Shown here piece after piece: positions 1 through 8,604 of a stretch of DNA of 64,000 nucleotides. The stretch is from Eledone cirrhosa (taxonomy: Eukaryota), in the NCBI GenBank assembly GCA_964016885.1, contig OZ024742.1, positions 52,886,001 through 52,950,000 of the forward strand, given 5' to 3'. Within the stretch, counting starts at the first letter, position 1. Each line of letters starts with the position of its first letter. Under the pieces are notes generated by a model. That model was not told the origin of the DNA. It worked only from the letters and a program-made list of their open reading frames with translations, and ran no database searches. The translations under genes were made by a program, and so were the position numbers.

Positions 1-321
1 AGTACAACCCGTCTCATGGTCGGGTCGTCGGCAACTAAACCGGCAACCCCACCAAGCTTGCTTAGTGAGGAGGGTGATATTTGGACAACCTGCGGGATGA
101 AATACAAACTCGGCAAAGGGTGGAGAACTCAGCAAAGTCAACGGCCATCCAAATAGTGTTTTGTTTTTTTTTTGTCACCTGGGAGTGAAAGGTCCCCAGT
201 TGTTGCCATAACACCTTTCTAAGAGAGGGAAACTCTGATATATACCTATACATACATAACTATGATTACTTCCAAATGAAACAGTTCTAGTCCTGTAGAA
301 GTCATCTCTATAATATAATGA

Positions 322-354
<33 letters not shown>

Positions 355-843
355 CGCGCGTGTATGTATATATATAATTGTAATTATGGAACGAAGCTTA
401 TCAAATAGAGTGACACAGCTTCGGTTGATTTCTAACTCACTCAATAATTTAATTAAGTCCGAATTATAAAAACTCGAACCGATTGGAATGTACACTTAAA
501 CGTTAATCAGTGAGGAAGACGATTTCGTGTGTGTAGGAAGTTTGAGTTACCCGGACCAATGTACCGGTTTTTTACGATTCCGATCTGCCGGTGGTGGTCT
601 GAATGGTGTAGAAAAGGGTAAGGTTAGCATACATTACGTAAATTAGCAGAAACTGTGACGTCAGCGGGAGTTTGATTCCCTGACTGGAAAGTTCCATATG
701 GCTACCTAGTACATCAGGTTGCTGGTCACAAGTGATATAACAGTAACACTCAACTTACTGTGACATATATCTATATCTATATCTATATACGGCGATGAAT
801 TTGTTTTGCAAGGCTTTTGATATGAAATCGTGTGTCGAAACAA

Positions 844-972
844 ATATTGTTAAACTTGGGGAGGGTCATATTGTTATAATATTGCCATAAATAATAACAG
901 AACACACTCACAGTGCGTGTATTCTGTCCTTATTTCTGGCAATATTATAACAATATGACCCTCCCCAAGTAT

Positions 973-980
<8 letters not shown>
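844..980. repeat. Fold-back inverted repeat (about 60-bp arms), Penelope-like pLTR relic next to (TA)n
   Basis: atattgttaaacttggggagggtcatattgttataatattgcca... pairs with ...tggcaatattataacaatatgaccctccccaagtataacaatat; related termini flank the GIY-YIG fragment at 61333/62180 and recur at 63656. Confidence 0.7.
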
Positions 981-1016
<36 letters not shown>

Positions 1017-1046
1017 GTGTAGTGAAACAGTATACACAATAAAAAA

Positions 1047-1232
1047 ATAACTGTTTCTACTTTAGGCACAAGGCCAGCAATCACCCAGTGTATTACTGGT
1101 ACTTTATTTTATCGACCCCGTAAGGATGAAAGGCAAAGTCAACCTCGGCGGGATTTGAACTCAGATAGTAAAGGGACGTAACTATGCTGGAAAGCATGGT
1201 GTCTGACCCTCTACCGATACTGCCAATCCACA
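1047..1232 (-). mobile_element. tRNA-derived SINE
   Basis: Minus strand has Pol III A box TGGCAGTATCGG, B box GAGTTCAAATCC and 3' end GGCCTTGTGCCTAAAGTAGAAAC; similar copies at 2298, 46271, 49812, 53435. Confidence 0.85.
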
Positions 1233-2297
1233 ACTTCATATAAACGTAAATTCATTGTTTTGATTAATATATACACTCTACCTGTGCATCGAGTGCTGAA
1301 TTTGGTACCAACACCACTAATTCACTGAATCACATACACTATATATATAGTTAGATAGATGCAAAATGCTTATCTCCATTTTAAGCTTCTGTTTTCTTCC
1401 TGACATACAGTGACTTTCTGTGTCTCTTTTTAAATCTCACGATTTCTACCTAGAGCAGACTAAACACATTTTAATGTTTTATGTGTCAGTTTCTCAGACT
1501 ATTATATGTCATTCTTCTCTGTGTTCTTTCTGATAAGGTAGCTATTGAAATGAGACAGTTGTCTGTCTCCGTTTATTAATTTATATCGCTAAAACTCACC
1601 TTCAGCTGGCAATAATCCAATTTGTGAATTGTCTGCCATGATATAATTATCTAGATTTAATGTTGCTGGTTGCAGCTGCAGCGACTCTTGTCGGTGTTGC
1701 CATTGTTGTTTTTGGTGGTGGAAGTATTATCGCTGTGTCATTGTTGTTTTTGGTAGTGATAGTGTTGTTGTTATTGTTTGCAGTGTTAATTGTGGTAGTG
1801 ATATATTGTTGTTGTTTATCCCCAAGTCAACATTCATATAGTTGACCTATTATCAAATGAGGTTTAACTAATACAATCTCGTCTTTTTTTTTTTCAGGCA
1901 CATTATATTTATAACATCATTGCCCTATTTATCGCTTTTAGTTTTTTAAGACAGTATGGTATGTGTAATATTGGTGAGATTTCACTGATATTTCTAGAGA
2001 TCACGTGCGGGTTCCCTCTGCTTTGGTGGGGGGGGGGGGCATTTTTTGTAGGTTTACCCGATGTGTCTCTTCAATAGGTTTCTATTCCTCACAATATTAA
2101 TTATTTCTAAAACCCTTCCCATGTCGCCAATTATTAACTGACAATTAACTCACCGAGACTATCTACCCAGCTAAAAGCACCGTCTTATGTTCCTTAAATA
2201 AATGCAACGATATTCTAAGCCAAATATTTTGCCTTGTCAAAAGAGAATATTATTTATGATAAAAACTGTATAAACATGATATTATTTACTTTACAGT

Positions 2298-2494
2298 AAC
2301 AATAATAATTGTTTGAACTTTAGGCACAAGGCCAGCAATTACCCAGTACATTACTGGTACTTTATTTTATCGACCCCATCAGGACGAAAGGCAAAGTTAA
2401 CCTCAGCGGGATTTGAACTCAGAATGTAAAGGGACGTAACTATGCTAGAAAGCATAGCGTCCAACCCTCTACCGATACTGCCAATTCACCGCCC
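2298..2494 (-). mobile_element. tRNA-derived SINE, full length, with (ATT)n on both sides
   Basis: Starts GGGCGGTGAATTGGCAGTATCGG directly after the E1 (ATT)n tail; B box GAGTTCAAATCC; ends GGCCTTGTGCCTAAAGTTCAAACAATTATTATT. Confidence 0.88.
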
Positions 2495-2764
2495 AATAAT
2501 AATAATAATAATGATTTCATTTATTGGCCACAAGGGCCGACATATAGGGGACAACACAATAGACAGGGACAGTGGGGGTTTACATAGAGATCGAGTAAGT
2601 ATAAATAACAAAAAACAAAATAACAATAAAAATACAACAATGAAAGTTCCCCAATAAGAGGGATCACCACCCAGGGTTGACTCAAGCACCCCACCAGTCC
2701 TGAGCCACCCGACGCTCCTAGGGCACCCGGGAAGGGCACCCCTCTCCTTCTCGAATTCACCAGC

Positions 2765-5700
2765 CTACAGGCGCATGATCAGAGTAGGCCCACTCACGCG
2801 GGCCATTCTCGCCACATTCACCCACCTTTCAGTAAATGTACTGGGGGGCAGCACTTCTCTCTCCACCCTCACCTTCCTTTCCAAGTGAAACTTGAAGAAG
2901 TTGATGAGGGATTGGCCGAAGAGAAAAGTGTCTGTCTTCAGTCCTTTCAACCTGGTCCACCATGCAACCTCTTTCGCTACTGCCACCAGGCAGAGGAAAA
3001 TTGCCTGCCCTTCCTGACCAAAAGAAGGCGGCGGGTCAATCTTCACTATGGACTCGGACGATAGCCGGATCCGTTCTACACGCGACAATAGCTGTTCGAC
3101 ATAACCCCACAAGTCAGCAATGCACGGACACTGGACGAGTGCGTGCAGAACGGTTTCGTCGCTCTGCGCGCATCTCGGGCAGGTTCGTCTGACAGCACTT
3201 CCGTGCCTGTAGAGTTTATCCCGAACCGGCAGCGCCCCCCGGTAGCACTGCCAAGCGAGGGATTTCTGGAAGTTATCCATCGTCCCCGGCTCGAAAGTCC
3301 TCCGGAACATACTGGTCAGTTCTACTTCGTTGACGCCCAGAGCCTCTCCTAGTACGTCATCGCACTTGCCCTCCACTAATCCTCTATAGAAATCTTGAGT
3401 GGAAGTTCCACTGACCGCATTGCCCACCCTGCAGAGTGCAGTGAGCGCCTGGCAACATTCCAGATGCCAGTCGCCCAGTCTCGGTCTCTTCTTGACCCAG
3501 GACTGCAGCTCAGTCAAAGAGATGAGCTGCGGAAAGGCCCGTCTAACAAACGGCGACCACACCTGTTCACCGTTTAGGCAAAATATCTGGAGATGTCGCA
3601 GCCTCAGCGCATGTCTGCGCATCATTAGCCACGGCATGCCCAGCCCTCCACGAAGAGGGTGCTGGCAGCAGATGGACCGCCTCACCAACGGGACCCGTCC
3701 CCTCCACAAAAATTTGAAAAGGAGCCGTTCCAAATTGGCGAGGCGTGGACGGGGGCAAGGCACGACGGTCAGGCGGTAGTAGATGACGGACGCGATGTAC
3801 GCGTTCGCCACCTCCGCCCGCCCTTTCAGTGATAGCTTTCTCTCAGCCCATTTCTGGGTGAGGTTGGCTATCCTGCTCGTCACCTCGTCCCAATTCTTAT
3901 CCACCTGGAGGTCTGGTCCGAACCAAACCCCGAGCAACTTTACCGGTCCGTCTGTCCAGCGCCCAACGACGCTGTTGGACGGCATGGACTTGCCTCTCCA
4001 GGTGCCGAGCTGCAAGCCCACCGACTTTTCCGGGTTAAGTTTTGCTCCCGTCAACCTTTCATATTCCTCCAAATGGGTGCGGATCACCTCGATTTCCGAG
4101 GTGTCCGACACCATCACGGTGATGTCGTCCGCATAAGCGGACGCAGCCTTTCTACGTCCCGGTTCGAGCGGGATGCCCTGCAACAACTCCAGCTTCCGCA
4201 GTAGAGGCTCAAGAGTCAATACGTACAGAAGTGAGGATAGAGGGCACCCTTGACGGACCGATCGAGAGATCTGAAACGGTTCCGAGAGGTGGCCATTAAC
4301 TTTGACCACCGAGCGGATGCCACTGTACATTGCAGCGATCCAGCTTCTGAAGACGGGGCCGAAGCCAGCCGCCTCGAGGACAGCCTCCAAGTACCGATGG
4401 TCGACCCTATCGAATGCTTTCGATTGATCTAAATTGATCAGAGCCCCACCGAAGCCAGGTTTGCACCCAACCCTCTCTATGATGTATCGCATGAGGTGGA
4501 GGTTGTCGTGTATGGACCTGGTCGGGATTGCGCAAGTTTGCGCCTCCCCAACCAAATCTTTGACGACAAGCGCCAACCTTTTCGCTAACACCTTGGCCAA
4601 AATCTTAAACTCTGTGTTGAGCAGGGTTATGGGCCTGAAATTATCTAGTGTGTCCCTCTTGTTCTCGTCTTTCCTTATCAGCGTCACTACGCCACGGCTC
4701 ACAGAACTGGGAATGCTCCCGTTCTGCTGCCAGTTGCAGTAGAGCGCTTCGAGGAGATCGGAGAACAAGTCTGGCATATTTACGTAAAGCTCGTAGGGCA
4801 GACCATCCAAACCGGGTGACTTGCGACTCGAGCAGCTGACAAGGGCGTCCTGAATTTCGGCTGATGTTATCGGCTCTTCGCAGCGCTCAGCGTCGGCCGT
4901 CGAGAGGCGTGGCAAGCCGTCGAGGTAGGGACTGAAGTCCGCCGCCTTCTCCGACTCACCCATCCTCCCGAACAATCGAGCAAAGTGCTGGCGAAAGGCC
5001 TCACACATCTGCTTGGAATCGCTCAGTTCGTGTCCATCTCGATCCGTCAAAGACCGAATTGTGGTTTTATTTCCACGCTGCGTCTCTGCAAAGCGAGCCC
5101 ATCGGGCAGCTTTGGTTCCCTCGTTCCTCAGAGCACGCGCCTTAGCTCTGACAATGCAACCTTCGTGTTTCGCATTGAAGAAATGGTCTAGTGCCATTCT
5201 CGCCGCTAGCACGTCTGTTGCAATGCCACTACAAATAGCCTCGTCTAACTTAGCTATCAGCCCCTCCTCCTTTCTATTTTTCTCTATTGCTACTTCTTTG
5301 CTAAATCCTATCGAGGTTGCTCTAATCTCTCTTTTGAGTGCCCCCCACCACCTGTTGTTGACAACCCCCCCTGTCAACTTTTGCTTAACTAAGTTGTTGA
5401 CCCGGTCCCTGTAAGCTTTACGTGCCGGAAACGACATGTTTAGCTTCCAGTAGCTAGGTCCTAACCTACGTGTCTTATCTAGGTCGACCATACAGATCAC
5501 AAGCTTGTGATCTGAATAGGCAACCGTTTTAAAATGTGGACATCCTACACTATTTCTATCTCTTTTCCTAATGAAAATCCTATCTATGTACGATCTAGAT
5601 GACCCTATGCGATTGGTCCAGGTCCATACTGGCGCATTAGGGAAATCTAGTCGGTACCTGTCAGACAGTTGAAACTGGCTGATCAGGTACTTGAGGCTTT

Positions 5701-6184
5701 TGCACCCCCCGCTCCTATCAGATACTCCCACACAATCCCAGCGTGCTTCTAAGATGCCATTCCAATCCCCTATTAACAGTAAAGGGCGAGACGTAAGCAG
5801 AAAGTTTTCCAGGCGCCTAAAGAAGTCCGGCCGACCGGCCCCAGTAGGGGCGTAGACGGCCACCAGTCTAAAGGCACCACCTTCGCTATTGCTCACGTCC
5901 AGGACCACCAACTTTCCGTCAGGATCCCGGAAGATTGACCTTACCTCGAGATCCAGACATTTCCTAAACAGCACAGCCACTCCACCTCCCATTCCCGGCC
6001 GACTAACAGATGCAAAGATCTGATAATCGTCGAAAATCGGCGCCAGTGCGCGTGTGTCGGAAATTCTGGTCTCGCTGATGGCAATTACATCCATTCCTAG
6101 TGACCTGAGGTCGTTGAGCAAGTGACCTTGCTTCCAGGGCGACCCCAGGCCACGAACATTTAAACTTCCTACTCTTATGGCCAT
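2765..6184 (-). CDS. E1 ORF2: APE endonuclease + reverse transcriptase + C-terminal zf-RVT, intact 1139 aa
   Basis: SLNVRGL, SETR, VYAP, IGDWN, YIDRIF, SDHK (APE); KSPGLDGLP, FRPITLLN, LDQSKAFDRV, RQGCPLS, AYADD (RT); CPRC..ETVLHALVQC; WKLN linker typical of L1/Tx1. Confidence 0.97.
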   Translation of the reverse strand: MAIRVGSLNVRGLGSPWKQGHLLNDLRSLGMDVIAISETRISDTRALAPIFDDYQIFASVSRPGMGGGVAVLFRKCLDLEVRSIFRDPDGKLVVLDVSNSEGGAFRLVAVYAPTGAGRPDFFRRLENFLLTSRPLLLIGDWNGILEARWDCVGVSDRSGGCKSLKYLISQFQLSDRYRLDFPNAPVWTWTNRIGSSRSYIDRIFIRKRDRNSVGCPHFKTVAYSDHKLVICMVDLDKTRRLGPSYWKLNMSFPARKAYRDRVNNLVKQKLTGGVVNNRWWGALKREIRATSIGFSKEVAIEKNRKEEGLIAKLDEAICSGIATDVLAARMALDHFFNAKHEGCIVRAKARALRNEGTKAARWARFAETQRGNKTTIRSLTDRDGHELSDSKQMCEAFRQHFARLFGRMGESEKAADFSPYLDGLPRLSTADAERCEEPITSAEIQDALVSCSSRKSPGLDGLPYELYVNMPDLFSDLLEALYCNWQQNGSIPSSVSRGVVTLIRKDENKRDTLDNFRPITLLNTEFKILAKVLAKRLALVVKDLVGEAQTCAIPTRSIHDNLHLMRYIIERVGCKPGFGGALINLDQSKAFDRVDHRYLEAVLEAAGFGPVFRSWIAAMYSGIRSVVKVNGHLSEPFQISRSVRQGCPLSSLLYVLTLEPLLRKLELLQGIPLEPGRRKAASAYADDITVMVSDTSEIEVIRTHLEEYERLTGAKLNPEKSVGLQLGTWRGKSMPSNSVVGRWTDGPVKLLGVWFGPDLQVDKNWDEVTSRIANLTQKWAERKLSLKGRAEVANAYIASVIYYRLTVVPCPRPRLANLERLLFKFLWRGRVPLVRRSICCQHPLRGGLGMPWLMMRRHALRLRHLQIFCLNGEQVWSPFVRRAFPQLISLTELQSWVKKRPRLGDWHLECCQALTALCRVGNAVSGTSTQDFYRGLVEGKCDDVLGEALGVNEVELTSMFRRTFEPGTMDNFQKSLAWQCYRGALPVRDKLYRHGSAVRRTCPRCAQSDETVLHALVQCPCIADLWGYVEQLLSRVERIRLSSESIVKIDPPPSFGQEGQAIFLCLVAVAKEVAWWTRLKGLKTDTFLFGQSLINFFKFHLERKVRVEREVLPPSTFTERWVNVARMARVSGPTLIMRL

Positions 6185-6213
6185 GCTGGCAGGATGAATG
6201 GGAGAGGAAAGGT

Positions 6214-6837
6214 TTACTTACCTTCCGGGGTCTTGTGAAGGTCGGGTGGTTCGACCTCCATGGTTTGTGGGGTTTCTTTTGGGAACCCCTTTAATAGTCT
6301 TGACGTGGGTTTTACGTTCGGGGTTCCCACATCCCGAGGAAAGCTCTTTCGAATTTCTTTGTATGAAGCGAGCGACATTCGCATCAGAAGCAAATTATCT
6401 GGTACGCGAAATGTGCTCGCTTCAAATGTTTCCCCGTCTTTTTCGATGTTTGTGCTTCGTGCTACATGGGCCATCAATTCCTTGTTGGCCCTTCTGGCAA
6501 GCACGAAGTTTTTAATGTTTTGTTGCTCGGGTTTTATTTGTTCGTGTGATTGTGGTGGTGATAGCTTTGTTAGTGTTGTTTCTATTGTGTCTGCGTTTGT
6601 TGTGGGTGGGGTGTCTGTAGTTTCTGATGTTTGTGTGTCTATTTGTTCTTGTGTCTGTTTAGCTTGTTTGCGTTTGGGGGATTTTGGTGGTTGTGTTGGT
6701 GATGCTGTGGGGAAAATGTTTGTGTGGGTGGTGTGTGTATTTTTTTTTTGTGGGGGTGTTTGTGCTTTGTGGATTTCTTTTTTTTTTGTGTTTTGTTTTT
6801 TGTATTTTGGGGGACTTTGGTTTTCCCTCATCTTCAC
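6214..6837 (-). CDS. E1 ORF1 C-terminal part in the +1 frame (frameshifted continuation)
   Basis: Its C-terminal segment (NKELMAHV..PDNLLLMRMS..YKEIRKSFPRDVG) aligns by eye with the E2 ORF1 C-terminus (NKKLMTYI..PTNIRLLKIA..YTNIKTKFPNAVG); stops about 30 nt before the ORF2 ATG. Confidence 0.7.
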   Translation of the reverse strand: MKMRENQSPPKYKKQNTKKKEIHKAQTPPQKKNTHTTHTNIFPTASPTQPPKSPKRKQAKQTQEQIDTQTSETTDTPPTTNADTIETTLTKLSPPQSHEQIKPEQQNIKNFVLARRANKELMAHVARSTNIEKDGETFEASTFRVPDNLLLMRMSLASYKEIRKSFPRDVGTPNVKPTSRLLKGFPKETPQTMEVEPPDLHKTPEGK

Positions 6838-8125
6838 TGCTGGAGGATGAGGGGTCTGTGGCTGTGAGCGTGTTTGTGTCTGAGTGAGTGTTTATGTTCT
6901 TGTTCGTGTGTGTATTTTGGGGGGGAGGGGGAATGGGAGAGCTTTCCTCGTTTCCCCCCTGGGTGTGCAATTTTGGTGATTCCATTGTTGACGGTGTTGC
7001 TGGTGGTCCTTGTCCCGGCGTCGCCAGCAGTGGAATCTTTCGACCCCTTGCGCTTTTCGGCAGTTGAGGGCAGAAGGCTCGCAAGTGTGTCGTTTCCCCA
7101 CAAAGGAAACAATGCGGCCTTTTCCCCTCAGTCATTATATGCAACACCCTCCCGTTTTGGAGGCGGATGTGGTCCGGGATTGCTTTTACGTTTTCGGGTC
7201 TGATTTGGAGCAGTATCTCCAGATCAACCCCGGACCAGTCGTCCCTGGCAGTTCTCGTTGCCTCTACCGGGACTGTATCCGTTCCTTCCAAGATTACGCA
7301 ACCCAGGAGCCACCACATATCAAGTCCTGGTGGAATCCTGGGAATGCGCACACGTGCTATTCGTTTTCCCATGTGGGAGGGGTACATTATGACCTTGCTG
7401 GTTTTGCAAGGGGTCATTGAATGCTTCACAGCGAGGGCTTCAGACTTGAACAGCACCGAAACGGTGCCGTATTGCCTGCCCCTCTCTATGAAGTCTGTGT
7501 CCTCTCTGATGTATTTCAGTGCGGCTTCTATATCAGCTTGGGTGATTATCGCTGCCCTCTTTGTCTCTACTGAGATGCATCTGAAATGCACCGTTCTTTT
7601 TTCCACTGCCTCAATGGCTTCTGCCGGGACAGTTAAGTTTGCCCATGTCTGCTCTTGATTTATGATTTTCCAGGCCTGGGCCAACTTTTCCTCTCTGTTG
7701 GTTAAGTCGATGCTGTAGCATGGTCTCCTTTTAGCCGCTGCCACAGCAGCGAAGGTGTTCTTGTTGGTGTTGTCACTGTTGTTGTTCTTGTTGGTGTTGC
7801 TGCTGCTATTGCTGTTGTTGTTCTCCCCTGTGTCGTGGTTACCCTCTGTGCTGTTGGCCTTGTTGGTGCTGTTGCTGTCGCTACTATTACTCTCTGTGCT
7901 GTTCGTTTTGTTGGTGCTCTCGCTATTACCACCTTCTGCGCTGTTCGGCTTGTTGGTGTTGGTGTTGTCGCTGTTACCACCTTCCGCGCCGCTCGGCCCG
8001 TTGGTGCTGGCACTGTCGCTGCTCACATTCGTGCTGGTGGCGCTCCTCGCCTCACCTCTCCTCTCAACGCTCAAGTCGCCGTTGCACGACAGCAGACCCG
8101 CCTCTAGGGGGCGTGGCTCCGCCAT
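6659..8125 (-). CDS. E1 ORF1 nucleic-acid-binding protein, N-terminal part
   Basis: ATG at 8125 in aaaaaacATGG context; Asn/Ser-rich N-terminus, TFAAV motif, RRM-like core, CFLCGETTHLRAFC zinc knuckle. Confidence 0.85.
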   Translation of the reverse strand: MAEPRPLEAGLLSCNGDLSVERRGEARSATSTNVSSDSASTNGPSGAEGGNSDNTNTNKPNSAEGGNSESTNKTNSTESNSSDSNSTNKANSTEGNHDTGENNNSNSSSNTNKNNNSDNTNKNTFAAVAAAKRRPCYSIDLTNREEKLAQAWKIINQEQTWANLTVPAEAIEAVEKRTVHFRCISVETKRAAIITQADIEAALKYIREDTDFIERGRQYGTVSVLFKSEALAVKHSMTPCKTSKVIMYPSHMGKRIARVRIPRIPPGLDMWWLLGCVILEGTDTVPVEATRTARDDWSGVDLEILLQIRPENVKAIPDHIRLQNGRVLHIMTEGKRPHCFLCGETTHLRAFCPQLPKSARGRKIPLLATPGQGPPATPSTMESPKLHTQGGNEESSPIPPPPQNTHTNKNINTHSDTNTLTATDPSSSSSEDEGKPKSPKIQKTKHKKKRNPQSTNTPTKKKYTHHPHKHFPHSITNTTTKIPQTQTS

Positions 8126-8604
8126 GTTTTTTTGAGAAAAAAAATTATTATTTTTTCCAAAATAAAGTTCAAATATTTGGGCCAAAAGGCCCAAATATTA
8201 TGAGTTATTCCTTCACAGGATACAAATGAATGTCTTATAATGCTTCAGCGGTACAAAAAAATAAACAATTCTCCACAATTAATCCTCAAAAAATTGCTTA
8301 CTCACGGAGCTTCAAAAAACGTACATCCACTTTCGTCAATAATAATAATAATAATGATTTCTTTATTAACCACAAGGGTTTACATAAAGTAGACATTAAG
8401 GACAGTGCAGGACAATGCAGGACGGTACAAATGGGCATTTCTGCGTGTAAAAAACAAAAACAGAGGATGTAACAAAAATAACAATGAAAAATTCCCCAAT
8501 AGGGGGGAGACTTCGGAGGGACATTTGTGGAGAAAGCCCAGTAAAAAGCCACAATGACCCTGACCACCAAGGCAAGTGCCCTCTCCCAGTTTTCCACCTT
8601 TAGT

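Larger units (their letters stand above)
2495..8337 (-). mobile_element. Full-length Tx1/L1-clade non-LTR retrotransposon (E1)
   Basis: About 210-bp 5'UTR, ORF1 with CCHC knuckle, ORF2 APE-RT-zf, 3'UTR ending CCCTTGTGGCCAATAAATGAAATC(ATT)n. Confidence 0.93.

Noticed and set aside
1-240. GC-richer segment resembling a LINE 5'UTR relic
   Set aside because: Truncated by the window edge with no adjacent ORF; the family cannot be supported from sequence alone.
585-760. Possible second SINE type (tggtctgaatggt ... gggagtttgattccc)
   Set aside because: Single copy in the window with weak A/B boxes; insufficient support.
1660-1845. Hydrophobic 61-aa membrane peptide ORF
   Set aside because: Arises from a decayed (GTT)n tract with no other coding evidence.
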